A stretch of 64,000 nucleotides of DNA from Candidatus Babeliales bacterium (GCA_963762115.1 CAVXJH010000003.1:288001-352000), one strand, 5' to 3'. Numbered from the stretch's first letter, positions 51,530 to 61,506 are shown. Notes: a model not told the origin generated them from the letters alone. Program-made: numbers and translations.

Positions 51530-52630
51530 ATGCATATCATAAAAAAATCATTTCCAAAATATAAAATATGGTTTTTGCTATTGCTCATAACCGCAATACA
51601 ACTTTCAGAAGCAGTAGTAGTCAAAAAAGACAAAATAATTAAGCAAAATAAGAATTATCCAAAACAAAAATTAATGCGCGAATTTATACAATCACGATTC
51701 TTTATGCCTACCTTAATTGGAAACACTGCTTTTGGTGTAATGTTTTTGGGCATGTATAAAGACAATGATAAGTTATTCTCTGGCGCCTTTATCACTGGTT
51801 TCTTATCTCTTTCACGAATGCTTTATATCTGTTTTTCAGAAATAATATACTTACAGGAAAAAAGTATTTATGCGACAAATCAATGTTATAAGCTAATGGA
51901 TCCTCACAACAAAGTCATACTTTCAACTACTCTCTTTAATACCTTATATAATAATCGATTAAAGAAAAAATCTTATATATTCACACCAAGAGAATATGAC
52001 CGCCTAGAAGACTATTATTCAGTATTTCAAGAACGAGGATTACCAGATAAAATTACCAAAAACATTTTAAAAGAAGCAAATATACTTTCTACTTCTAATA
52101 CACTTAAAAAAACTCCCGTCCAAACCAAACAACTCTGCAAACTATTAAAACATGCAGATTTAAAGCCCTTCAAATTTGATAACAAAAAGTATAAATTTTT
52201 ACTCTCTAACAAACCTAAAAAGAAGCTTTTTATTGATAATGAACAAGATAAAGAAATATTAAAAAAAATCTATACTGATTTAGGTCATTTTTATTGTCTC
52301 AAAAACTGTGGATGGATCCATTGCCGCAAACAAAAAAATAAGAAACGTTTGCTTTTTGATTCTCGGTATATCGATAAAACAAAAGAAGTTGATGGTAAAA
52401 AAATCCATCCTACTTATTTCAGCGAATTTGGATTCAAATTTTATGAAGTCATAAATCCTGATGAACAAAATGGATCTTTAGGTAATTTTTACAAATTTCA
52501 TGAAGATCCCGCTTTTATAAAAAAAGCAAGAAAAGAGCTTCGAAGAATCAAAATTATTCCCGGCTGCTCAGATTATCTAAAAAATCCTCGGCTTATCTTT
52601 GGTCTCACCACTGAAAGAAAATTAACATAA
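51530..52630 (+). CDS. Hypothetical basic membrane/exported protein
   Basis: 366-aa ORF; signal-like N-terminus and two further hydrophobic segments. Confidence 0.55.
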   Translation: MHIIKKSFPKYKIWFLLLLITAIQLSEAVVVKKDKIIKQNKNYPKQKLMREFIQSRFFMPTLIGNTAFGVMFLGMYKDNDKLFSGAFITGFLSLSRMLYICFSEIIYLQEKSIYATNQCYKLMDPHNKVILSTTLFNTLYNNRLKKKSYIFTPREYDRLEDYYSVFQERGLPDKITKNILKEANILSTSNTLKKTPVQTKQLCKLLKHADLKPFKFDNKKYKFLLSNKPKKKLFIDNEQDKEILKKIYTDLGHFYCLKNCGWIHCRKQKNKKRLLFDSRYIDKTKEVDGKKIHPTYFSEFGFKFYEVINPDEQNGSLGNFYKFHEDPAFIKKARKELRRIKIIPGCSDYLKNPRLIFGLTTERKLT

Positions 52631-52817
52631 AATTCAGATTTTAATCTGCTATTTTCATTTTTTCCAATAAATCCCTCACTTGCAAAAAATTCACATAGAA
52701 AATATTGTTGGTTTATACAATGACATAATAGACTTTAATTTGACGTAATTAGTAAAAAATAGTATTTTTATTTGAGAAGATATCGTCTAAAAATAGTAAA
52801 TAGAGAATGGAGAATTT

Positions 52818-53315
52818 ATGACTATTTCAAAAAAAATATTTATAGCTACCCTAATTTTTACCAATAGTTTCTTTGTCATACAAGGGAAATTGCCTGAATC
52901 ATGGCAAGAAGCAAAAGAAGCATGCAAAAAAACAGCGCATTCAGTAAAACACACATGGGACAATACCCTAAAAAATATATCTTTTGGGCAATCACATGCA
53001 GAAAAATATCCTGGCAGAACAGCGTTTGCACAATTCTGCTATGCTCATCCTATACTTTCTTCACTTGGTATTAATGGCCTTGGCTTTTTAACGCTTAAAC
53101 GATATACCCGACGAGTTTTGCGCAACTCAAAAGGTAATTTTGGTGTTTTACCATATGTATCAACAGGCATAGGCGCTTTGGGTATAAGTGAATGGGCACA
53201 TAATTATCTTCGTCTTACAAAAACACCTCATTATATGTCACCCTTTATCACGCGTTGCACAAAAGAATGTAAAAATACCAATAAAGAATTACATGATGCC
53301 GTGTTCAATAGATAA
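52818..53315 (+). CDS. Hypothetical exported/membrane protein
   Basis: TGGAGA RBS; signal peptide; two Gly-rich hydrophobic stretches. Confidence 0.6.
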   Translation: MTISKKIFIATLIFTNSFFVIQGKLPESWQEAKEACKKTAHSVKHTWDNTLKNISFGQSHAEKYPGRTAFAQFCYAHPILSSLGINGLGFLTLKRYTRRVLRNSKGNFGVLPYVSTGIGALGISEWAHNYLRLTKTPHYMSPFITRCTKECKNTNKELHDAVFNR

Positions 53316-53344
53316 GTGAATCAAATACTTTCAACACAATTTTT

Positions 53345-53374
53345 AAGGCCTAGTTTAAAAGCTAGGCCTTTTTT
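53345..53374 (+). terminator. Intrinsic terminator
   Basis: AAGGCCTAG-tttaaaag-CTAGGCCTT followed by T tract. Confidence 0.8.
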
Positions 53375-53385
53375 GTTACTTTGAA

Positions 53386-53497
53386 CCTGCTATTTTCGTT
53401 TTTATCAATAATCGAAAATAGCGGCATTCCTTATTTTCGTTGGTGAATATAAGAACGCTCCTTATTTTCGATTATTGCCATTTTCGAAAATAGCAGG
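53386..53497. promoter_or_regulatory. Nested inverted-repeat array of TATTTTCG boxes upstream of fic
   Basis: CCTGCTATTTTCG(53386)/CGAAAATAGCAGG(53485) and CAATAATCGAAAATA(53406)/TATTTTCGATTATTG(53463); five core copies. Confidence 0.55.
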
Positions 53498-53528
53498 TAT
53501 ACTTATTAGAATAAAACGAGAGGAAAAT

Positions 53529-54689
53529 ATGGATATTAAAAATTCTTCAGCGGGCAAAGTTATAAAAACACTTAAGGGGTACAATGCCTTTTTACCAAAC
53601 CCATTACCCCCCCACCTTGAATGGAATACTGATTTAGTCAATGCACTATCAAGAGCTGATTATATCTTGGGAAAATTATCTCGAGAAGGCAGCAAATTGC
53701 CTAATCCTCATTTATTAATTCGGCCGTTTATTACCCGCGAAGCTGTTTTATCAAGCAAAATTGAAGGAACACAGGCGACACTCGGGGAAATACTTGCCGG
53801 TGAAGTTGGTGCTCAAATTGATCGGAGTCCGGCAGACTTACAAGAAGTACAAAATTATATTATTGCCCTAGAATATGGCTTAGAACGCCTCAATGATTTT
53901 CCTCTTTCTCTCAGACTTATTAAAGAAATTCATGGAAAATTAATGCTGGGAGTCCGCGGAAGCCATGCCACTCCGGGAGAATTTCGCAGAACACAAAATT
54001 GGATTGGAACACCGGGATGCACTTTGGCAACAGCAAAATTTGTTCCGCCATCACCTGACAATCTCATGGACACGTTAAAAGATTTTGAATCTTTTTTATA
54101 TGATCAATCATTACCACCCCTTATTCATATTGCACTCTGTCATTATCAGTTTGAAGCTATTCACCCTTTTTTAGATGGTAATGGTAGAATTGGACGTTTA
54201 TTAATTACCTTATTATTAATGCAACATACTTTATTGCCATCACCACTTTTATATTTAAGTGCTTTTTTTGAAGCAACGCGAGAAGAATATTATAAACAAC
54301 TGTATAACGTCAGCTGCCATGGTGCATGGCAAGAATGGCTTATGTATTTTCTTAATGGAGTTGCACTTCAAGCACTTGATGTTTTATCTCGGGCTGAACG
54401 AATTAATACTTTAATTAATAATTGGCAAGATCAGGTAGGCGGTACAAACTCTGCAACTATGCATGAAATTGTTAGTTATTTTGCCGTTAATCCATTTTTA
54501 ACAACAAAAAAAATTGTTGAAAATTTAGGTGTTGCTTTTACAACAGCACAACGAGCAATTAAAAAACTTGAGGAGTTGGGCATTATCCAACAAATAAATG
54601 CAAGTAAACGAGATCGTGTATATTGTGTAACCGAAATCCTTGCTATTCTTGAAGAGCCTACAAAAATTGATACCACTCTCGAAGAATAA
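53529..54689 (+). CDS. Fic-family AMPylase (class II) with C-terminal HTH
   Basis: HPFLDGNGRIGR active site; inhibitory SSKIEG; GAGGA RBS before ATG 53529. Confidence 0.92.
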   Translation: MDIKNSSAGKVIKTLKGYNAFLPNPLPPHLEWNTDLVNALSRADYILGKLSREGSKLPNPHLLIRPFITREAVLSSKIEGTQATLGEILAGEVGAQIDRSPADLQEVQNYIIALEYGLERLNDFPLSLRLIKEIHGKLMLGVRGSHATPGEFRRTQNWIGTPGCTLATAKFVPPSPDNLMDTLKDFESFLYDQSLPPLIHIALCHYQFEAIHPFLDGNGRIGRLLITLLLMQHTLLPSPLLYLSAFFEATREEYYKQLYNVSCHGAWQEWLMYFLNGVALQALDVLSRAERINTLINNWQDQVGGTNSATMHEIVSYFAVNPFLTTKKIVENLGVAFTTAQRAIKKLEELGIIQQINASKRDRVYCVTEILAILEEPTKIDTTLEE

Positions 54690-54837
54690 TCAGAATACAA
54701 CATCAAGTTTTAATATCTTATGCAAACAACTAAGATCAGCAAGCCAATTTGCCCAATATCAACATTTTTGGCACACTAAGAGATATTAAAATAAATAGTA
54801 TACATATTTTTACTTATTCCCCTTCAGGAGTTTTTAC

Positions 54838-55434
54838 ATGACTAAAATAACCATGGATCTTATTCAACAATTAAGAGATCGAACCGGTCTTGGCATGATG
54901 GATTGCAAAAAGGCTTTAACAGAAGCAAATGGCGATATCGATAAAGCAATTGAGCTTTTGCGCAAAAAAGGTGCTGCGATTGCTGCAAAACGTTCTGGTA
55001 ACGCAACAGCTGAAGGCCTTGTTCATGCCTACATCCACCCAGGAAGCCGCGTTGGTGTTCTTTTGGAAGTCAACTGCGAAACTGATTTTGTTGCAAGCAC
55101 TGACACCATCAAACAATTTGCTGCCGATGTTTGTCTTCACATCGCGGCTATGAAACCGCTGTTTGTTAACCCTGAAGATGTTGATGCTGCAATAATTGCA
55201 AAAGAACGTGAAATTTTCACGGCGCAAATGGCAAATTCAGGCAAGCCAGAAAAAATCATTGAGCAAATTGTTCAAGGAAAAATTAACAAATTTCTTTCTG
55301 AAATCTGCTTAATACAACAGCCTTATATCAAGAATGATAAAATTACCATTGATGAATATTTAAAAGAAACTGTCGCTAAATTGGGTGAAAACATTAAAAT
55401 TCGTCGTTTTGCACGTTTTGAAATTGGTAACTAA
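54838..55434 (+). CDS. tsf: Elongation factor Ts (short form)
   Basis: LRDRTGLGMMDCKKAL, EVNCETDFVA, IRRFARFEIG. Confidence 0.97.
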   Translation: MTKITMDLIQQLRDRTGLGMMDCKKALTEANGDIDKAIELLRKKGAAIAAKRSGNATAEGLVHAYIHPGSRVGVLLEVNCETDFVASTDTIKQFAADVCLHIAAMKPLFVNPEDVDAAIIAKEREIFTAQMANSGKPEKIIEQIVQGKINKFLSEICLIQQPYIKNDKITIDEYLKETVAKLGENIKIRRFARFEIGN

Positions 55435-55459
55435 ATAAAGCAATTGCCAAAAGGAATTC

Positions 55460-56173
55460 ATGATAATGTCAGCAAAAAAAACAATTCTTTTGAAGCTCAC
55501 TGGTGAAATTTTTTTATCGCCCCTAACAAAAAACCTTGATAATGCAATGATTAAAAATATTGCAAAACAAATCAAGCACCTTTCGCCCCACTATTATTTT
55601 GGTATTGTTATTGGCGGTGGCAATTTCTTTCGAGGAAATGTGCAGGGCAAAGCATTAAATATAACAACTTCAGTGGGACATCAGATTGGCATGCTCGCAA
55701 CAATCATGAATGGGTTAATTATTAAAGATTTGTTTGAACAAGAAGAAATTCCTTCAACTGTTTTTTGCGCATTGCCATCTTCCGAAATCGGCACACCAAT
55801 TTCACAACAAGCAATTAAACAAACTATGGAACAAGGAACTTGTATCATATTTACTGGTGGAACAGGCAATCCTTTTTTCACCACTGATACAACAGCAATT
55901 GTGCGTGGTTTGCAAATACAAGCAGATGCAGTCTGGAAAGCAACTCATGTTGATGGCATTTATGATGCAGACCCACGACTCAACACTCATGCAAGCTTAA
56001 TAAAACGTATTTCTTTTCAAGATGCTTTAGATAAAGACTTAAAAATCATGGATGCAACCGCCTTTGCTCTTGCAAAAGAAAATAAATTAGCAATTCGTGT
56101 ATTTAACATTTTTCAACCAAATGCATTACTTAATGCGGCAGAATCGCATGATTTTGGCAGCATTGTTACCTAA
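55460..56173 (+). CDS. pyrH: UMP kinase
   Basis: LLKLTGE, GGGNFFRG, GTGNPFFTTD, DGIYDADP. Confidence 0.95.
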   Translation: MIMSAKKTILLKLTGEIFLSPLTKNLDNAMIKNIAKQIKHLSPHYYFGIVIGGGNFFRGNVQGKALNITTSVGHQIGMLATIMNGLIIKDLFEQEEIPSTVFCALPSSEIGTPISQQAIKQTMEQGTCIIFTGGTGNPFFTTDTTAIVRGLQIQADAVWKATHVDGIYDADPRLNTHASLIKRISFQDALDKDLKIMDATAFALAKENKLAIRVFNIFQPNALLNAAESHDFGSIVT

Positions 56174-56191
56174 AAAAATAAAGGATTTTAT

Positions 56192-56779
56192 ATGATAGAT
56201 CTCAAACTTACTGATTCTAATATTAAAGAATTTGAAAAAGCCCTTTCGAGCGAAATGGATAAAGCGGTCAAACATTTTGAACGTGAATTAACCAGTATTC
56301 GTACAGGGCGAGCTCATTCAGCACTTGTTGAAGGCATAAAATTTACCGCTTATGGCAACACCGCAATGTCAATCAAAGATGCCGCTTCTATTACCATTCC
56401 AGAAGCACGATTAATAGTAATTCAGCCATGGGACCAGGGCACCTTAAATGATATTGAAAAAGCTCTTTCTGCAACCGACACAGGATTAACACCAGTTATC
56501 GACGGTAATATAATTCGCATTCGCTTACCTGAAATGAGCACCTCTCGACGTGATGAATTGGTAAAAATTTTAGGAAAAAAAACAGAAGATTCTCGTATTG
56601 CAGTCAGAAACGTTCGTAAAGATTTTCAAAGTTTGATCCGTGATTCAGAAAAAAGTAAGGCAATTTCAGAAGATCATAGCAGAAGACTTGCTGATACTTT
56701 ACAAAAACTCACTGATAAATTTATAGTTACCATTGATCAAATGGCGCAAAAGAAAGAAAATGAAATAAAAATCGTTTAA
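56192..56779 (+). CDS. frr: Ribosome recycling factor
   Basis: IRTGRA, IQPWD, AVRNVR, KKENEI. Confidence 0.97.
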   Translation: MIDLKLTDSNIKEFEKALSSEMDKAVKHFERELTSIRTGRAHSALVEGIKFTAYGNTAMSIKDAASITIPEARLIVIQPWDQGTLNDIEKALSATDTGLTPVIDGNIIRIRLPEMSTSRRDELVKILGKKTEDSRIAVRNVRKDFQSLIRDSEKSKAISEDHSRRLADTLQKLTDKFIVTIDQMAQKKENEIKIV

Positions 56780-56857
56780 ACCCTTTTCTTTCTTTCTTAT
56801 TTTGCTACACTTTAAAAAAGTAATTGAAGTAAGAGATAACGCTATACATTATACGGA

Positions 56858-56933
56858 GGGCCGCTAGCTCAATTGGTAGAGCGACAGACTCTTAATCTGC
56901 AGGTTATTGGTTCGATTCCAATGCGGCCCACCA
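56858..56933 (+). tRNA. tRNA-Lys(CTT)
   Basis: 76-nt cloverleaf GGGCCGC…GCGGCCC-A-CCA, anticodon loop CTCTTAA, GGTTCGA T-loop. Confidence 0.95.
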
Positions 56934-57143
56934 TACTTCGCATAAAGCTTCGTATGGCAGGCCAGTTCTTCGACACTTGTTAAGAAGAATCAGTTTTTTT
57001 ACATTGAAATAAACTCAATAAACTGCAAAAAACAATGGGTGAAGCATTAAAATTGACATCATACAGAGTAAGTAGCGACGATGGACTGCTTTTTTAAAGC
57101 TATGCCTAGCGCAGCAAGCCTTCGTTCTTAAAGAAATTTAAAA

Positions 57144-57230
57144 GCAAGAGTGGCGGAATTGGTAGACGCGCTGGACTTAGGATCCAGTTCCCGAAAGGGA
57201 GTGGGGGTTCGATTCCCTTCTCTTGCACCA
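57144..57230 (+). tRNA. tRNA-Leu(TAG)
   Basis: 87 nt with long variable arm TCCCGAAAGGGA; anticodon arm CTGGA-CTTAGGA-TCCAG; encoded CCA. Confidence 0.95.
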
Positions 57231-57248
57231 AAAAAAGGAGAACGTACG

Positions 57249-58550
57249 ATGGCACAAATTAATCAAATCTTACAAGTAAACATTGATCAACAACATCCAC
57301 ATGTTTGCAAGGCGACAGTAATAATTCCGGAAAGCTTTGTAAACGTCTTATATCATCAAGCATCATTGGCACACCGAGGTATAGTTCATACCTATGGATT
57401 TGCAAAAGGAAATACACCTTTATCCTATGTCGAAAAAAATTATCGTTCCAGCATTCTTGTGCATGTTAAAGAATTTTTATTTAAATATTTTGTCATTGGG
57501 TTCTTGTATGAACAACTTTCACATCAAAAAATTGTTATTGCTGGAGAACCACGATTACTTGATATAATTCTGGAACCAAATCAAGCCGCAGAATTTCAGT
57601 TCGAACTATCACTCGGGCCCAAAATTAATTTAAAATCATGGAAAAACATTGTTTTTAAATCTCCAAAACGTAAAAATTATAAAGATATTGATCGTCAAGT
57701 TGAAACCTTCATTAAAGACGAACATGCAATAATGAAAAAGCTTACCACCAATTATGTTCGCATTGGTGATTGGGTTTGCTTTGATATTCATTTATTAACT
57801 GAGGATGCTGTTGCTCCCTTTGACAATTACCGAGAAAATTTATGGATACACATTGGCAATGAAGAAGCTGATGAGCCATTTCAAACACTTTTCCTTGGTA
57901 AAAAGAAAAATGAAACCTTTTGTACAAAGCAACAATGCATTCAGGAATATTTTAGTACTTCTATTGCCACCAATTATAATTTTTGTATTGAAATAAAAGA
58001 TATTGTTCATAATTCATTCTTCTCTCTTGATCATTTAAAACATCATTTTCGCTTAAAAACCAATAAAGAATTACAACAAAAATTAATTGAAGTATTCTCC
58101 TATCGAAATGATTTATCACTCAGAAGAGCAATTGTTGAAGAAGCACTTACTATGCTCATTAACAAACATGAATTTGATGTTCCTAATTATTTAATTTTAC
58201 GTGAACAACAAATAGTTTTAGAATCCGTTTTGACTAATCCTGATTATCATGTTTATAAAACGCAACCAAATTTTAAAGATTACATTCACAAACTCGCCGT
58301 CAAACAAGCAAAGGAAACATTGATTATTGATCAATTAGCCTATGAAGAAAATTTACTTGTTTCAACAGAAGATATTAAAAGCTTATTACATCTTACAAAA
58401 GCACCGCGAACAAAAGAATTTATTTACTTTAAATTACCATTAACTAAACTAGAAGCACAAGAAGTTCCTGTCGCTTCAGCATTTTTTAAACAAAGTTGCT
58501 TGCGTGAGAAAACATTAAATCATGTAATTTATCATTGGACAAAGAGATAA
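57249..58550 (+). CDS. tig: Trigger factor (divergent)
   Basis: GFAKGNTP resembles the GFRxGxxP ribosome-binding motif; classic position after tRNA-Leu; AAAGGAG RBS before ATG 57249. Confidence 0.8.
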   Translation: MAQINQILQVNIDQQHPHVCKATVIIPESFVNVLYHQASLAHRGIVHTYGFAKGNTPLSYVEKNYRSSILVHVKEFLFKYFVIGFLYEQLSHQKIVIAGEPRLLDIILEPNQAAEFQFELSLGPKINLKSWKNIVFKSPKRKNYKDIDRQVETFIKDEHAIMKKLTTNYVRIGDWVCFDIHLLTEDAVAPFDNYRENLWIHIGNEEADEPFQTLFLGKKKNETFCTKQQCIQEYFSTSIATNYNFCIEIKDIVHNSFFSLDHLKHHFRLKTNKELQQKLIEVFSYRNDLSLRRAIVEEALTMLINKHEFDVPNYLILREQQIVLESVLTNPDYHVYKTQPNFKDYIHKLAVKQAKETLIIDQLAYEENLLVSTEDIKSLLHLTKAPRTKEFIYFKLPLTKLEAQEVPVASAFFKQSCLREKTLNHVIYHWTKR

Positions 58551-59489
58551 ATGGTTACCAAAGAAAAAATTCACCCCGTTATCATACTCGGTGCTGGCCC
58601 GGCGGGTTTAACAGCCGGCATTTATTCGGCAAGGGCAATGCTCAATCCACTTATCATTGAAGGTAACAAGCCTGGTGGTCAACTTATGGGAACAACCTAT
58701 GTTGAAAATTGGCCCGGTGAAAAAAGCATTTTGGGACCTCAATTAATGATGAATATGCGTGCACATGCACAAGCGGCTGGCTGCACCTTTATGACAGGAG
58801 AAGTTATTTCTGTTGATTTTACCAAGCACCCTTTTTCTTTAATAACCAATAAAAACGTCACCCTTTTTGCCCATTCAGTGATTATTGCAACAGGCGCAAC
58901 ACCAAAAAGACTTGGTTGCCCAGGCGAAGATTTGTATTGGGGAAAAGGTGTATCAACGTGCGCAGTATGTGATGGAACTTTTTATAAAGATAAGCCAGTT
59001 ATAATTATTGGCGGTGGAGACACCGCTATGGAAGATACGTCGTTCATGACTAATTTTACGGATAAGATTACCTTAGTTCATATTGGTGATGCATTAACTG
59101 CTTCACCAAGCATGCAAGAACGCGTTATTGATAATGAAAAAATTAACATTATGTATAACAGTACCGTTACCGAAATTAAAGGCGATGGCAATCATGTTAC
59201 CAGTGTTATCATAACAAACCAAAAAACAAACGCTCAAAAAGAACTCGCCGTAGATGCTGCCTTTGTGGCAATTGGGCTCACACCCAACACGCAACCATTT
59301 AAAGGACAACTAGAACTTCAAAAAAATGGTTATTTAATGGTCAAAAATAACACTCAAACTTCGGTTCCAGGAATTTTTTCTGCAGGTGATGTTTCAGATT
59401 ATCGTTATCGACAAGCAATTACTTCTGCAGGTACCGGCTGCATGGCAGCTTTAGATGCAGAACGTTACATAAAAGAACAAAGTAAATAA
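58551..59489 (+). CDS. trxB: Thioredoxin reductase
   Basis: GAGPAG, GVSTCAVCDG, GGGDTAME, AGDV…YRQAITSAG. Confidence 0.97.
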   Translation: MVTKEKIHPVIILGAGPAGLTAGIYSARAMLNPLIIEGNKPGGQLMGTTYVENWPGEKSILGPQLMMNMRAHAQAAGCTFMTGEVISVDFTKHPFSLITNKNVTLFAHSVIIATGATPKRLGCPGEDLYWGKGVSTCAVCDGTFYKDKPVIIIGGGDTAMEDTSFMTNFTDKITLVHIGDALTASPSMQERVIDNEKINIMYNSTVTEIKGDGNHVTSVIITNQKTNAQKELAVDAAFVAIGLTPNTQPFKGQLELQKNGYLMVKNNTQTSVPGIFSAGDVSDYRYRQAITSAGTGCMAALDAERYIKEQSK

Positions 59490-59679
59490 CGCGAATTCGA
59501 TAAAAAAATTATCAACTGATCCAACGAGCAAAGTATCCCTGAAATGTCTTCCCGATGCACATTGTGCCGTGGGGATCCAGATTATAAAGTTCTAATTGAT
59601 AAAAATCCATATTAATTAGAAAGAATAAAAAAAGAATTTTATATGCTGGGTTGCCACGCCAACAATGTTGGCTCGCAAT

Positions 59680-60855
59680 TGTATGTGTTCAGAGTTTCGG
59701 TGAATAAAAAATACCCACAAAAGTAAATCAGAGTTAGAATTGAATACGCAATATTAACAATTTTAACGCAGGAGTTCTTTTGTGAGTATAAATACATCGT
59801 ATCCTACTTTGGTTAGCAATTCAATAAAGTACATGCTAAAATATGTAGAAGAATATGAGCTTGTTAAGGCAAAGAAGCACCCACAATTTAGGTTTGTTCG
59901 AGAATTTTTTGAAGCCAGGGAACTCTGTTTCCAGAATTTTTATAAACTTTATGGGCGTTATAAAGCAGCCCAGGGAATTCCCGAACTTCTACTGCCTATA
60001 AGGCGCGGCCCTAAACCAAAATTTGAAGAATTGCCACTTGCAGATGATAGCCTTGTAAAAAAAATTTTAGAATACCGAAAATCAGGTTTAAATAGGTATG
60101 TTATCGCTGCAGCTCTCAAGAAAAATCCTTCGATCAAAAAAGGTATTTCTGCAAGTTCAGTGTATCGAACTTTACGAAAATATGGTGTTTCTAAATTAAC
60201 TAAATTAGTGCAAGAGGAAAAAAGAAAGATTGTGAGAACATTTGCAGGATCATTAGCTCATATAGATTGCCATTACCTACCTAAGGGAATTGTACAATCT
60301 GAACCTAAAAAGAAATATTTTGTATTGGGTGTAATTGATGATTTTTCGAGAATAGTTTGGGTCGAAGTAATTGAATCTTTAAAGGCAATTGATGTTGCCT
60401 TTGCTATGATGGATATTATTTTACATATGAACCAACGATATAATATCACCTTTGATGAAGCTCTGACAGATAATGGTGCTGAGTTTTGTTCAACGCCAGA
60501 AAAATTAAAAAATCATCCTTTTGAACGATTGCTACTTCATTTTGCGATTAAACATCGAAGAACTTTGCCTTATAGACCACAAACAAATGGAAAAATTGAA
60601 AGATTTTGGCGTTCTTTTGATGATGAAGTTATTGAAGGATCCATCTTTAACACAATCGATGAATTAAAAGATGCTGTTCTTGGATATAATTTCTATCACA
60701 ATGAACATCGGCCGCATCAAGGTTTGAATGGCAAAGTACCATTCGAATTGTTGAAAGAAACCGGCATACCCGTTTAAGGAATTAAAAAACTTACAATTCA
60801 ACTTTGATTGCCACTTTGTGCAAAAAATTATTCACCGAAACTCTGAACACATACA
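59680..60855 (+). mobile_element. IS481-family insertion sequence, 1176 bp
   Basis: Perfect 28-bp TIRs TGTATGTGTTCAGAGTTTCGGTGAATAA; 5-bp target duplication GCAAT (59675-59679 and 60856-60860). Confidence 0.92.
59782..60777 (+). CDS. IS481-family DDE transposase (rve integrase core)
   Basis: HID, IDDFSR, LTDNGAEF, PQTNGKIERF, YNFYHNEHRPHQGL. Confidence 0.92.
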   Translation: MSINTSYPTLVSNSIKYMLKYVEEYELVKAKKHPQFRFVREFFEARELCFQNFYKLYGRYKAAQGIPELLLPIRRGPKPKFEELPLADDSLVKKILEYRKSGLNRYVIAAALKKNPSIKKGISASSVYRTLRKYGVSKLTKLVQEEKRKIVRTFAGSLAHIDCHYLPKGIVQSEPKKKYFVLGVIDDFSRIVWVEVIESLKAIDVAFAMMDIILHMNQRYNITFDEALTDNGAEFCSTPEKLKNHPFERLLLHFAIKHRRTLPYRPQTNGKIERFWRSFDDEVIEGSIFNTIDELKDAVLGYNFYHNEHRPHQGLNGKVPFELLKETGIPV

Positions 60856-60939
60856 GCAATGACAATGCTAATTTTAATATCTTTTCCCTTAGGCTAAATT
60901 CATGCTTTTTAACATATCCAATTCACATTAAATAAAATA

Positions 60940-61506
60940 TTAATAGCCAAGGTAAGACCACCAAGAACGGCCCCGATTTGATGATTCAACATCTTCTAAC
61001 TCTTCTCTAGGGACTAAATACCATTCTTTTTCAATTTCTTTTCGTTCTCTTTTAAGTTTTTGATAAGGATCTTCTTTTAATGCCTTATTTTCAGTCACCT
61101 CTTGCAAACTGCTATCTGCAGTCACTGTTGCACCATACTTCAATAAAAGTTGAATGACACGAGGTTTGCCATAATAAGCTGCAAAAGCAAGTGGCGTCAA
61201 TAAGCTTGAATCAGGCATATTAGGATTAGCGCCAGCTTCCAACAATACCGCTACAATGCCTTCACTTACATCAGTTACAGGAATTGCAATAGCAGCCATA
61301 AGAGCTGCTTTGTTTCTTTGTTGTGCATTCGGATTTGCTCCTTTATTAAGCAAATTTTTTACAGCATATAAATCACCCTTCTTAATAGCAGTAAAAAGTG
61401 GCTCAGTTAACTGTTCATTAAATAAACGTCTTGATAAAGGCAACGCTACAAAGGTAATGCTCAGCAATCCTACAAAAAAAATATATTTTATTTTGATACT
61501 ATTCAT
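60940..61506 (-). CDS. Exported ankyrin-repeat protein with LIR/AIM-like tail
   Basis: GANPNA, TPLAFAA repeats; EKEWYLV; start trimmed to ATG 61506 (AAAGGA RBS). Confidence 0.85.
   Translation of the reverse strand: MNSIKIKYIFFVGLLSITFVALPLSRRLFNEQLTEPLFTAIKKGDLYAVKNLLNKGANPNAQQRNKAALMAAIAIPVTDVSEGIVAVLLEAGANPNMPDSSLLTPLAFAAYYGKPRVIQLLLKYGATVTADSSLQEVTENKALKEDPYQKLKRERKEIEKEWYLVPREELEDVESSNRGRSWWSYLGY

Larger units (their letters stand above)
59487..60930. mobile_element. MITE-like element with REP doublet, copy 4, interrupted by an IS
   Basis: Outer ends TAACGCGAATTCGATA and (minus strand) TAATGTGAATTGGATA; removing the IS restores CTCGCAATGACA as in copy 1. Confidence 0.75.

Noticed and set aside
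55670..55710. PyrH GHQIGMLAT in place of the usual (G/A)DxMGMLAT
   Set aside because: A single substitution in an otherwise intact, syntenic gene; cannot support altered function without an alignment
57150..57248. N-terminal extension MAELVDALDLGSS… of the 466-aa ORF
   Set aside because: It is a translation of tRNA-Leu; the real tig start is ATG 57249 after AAAGGAG
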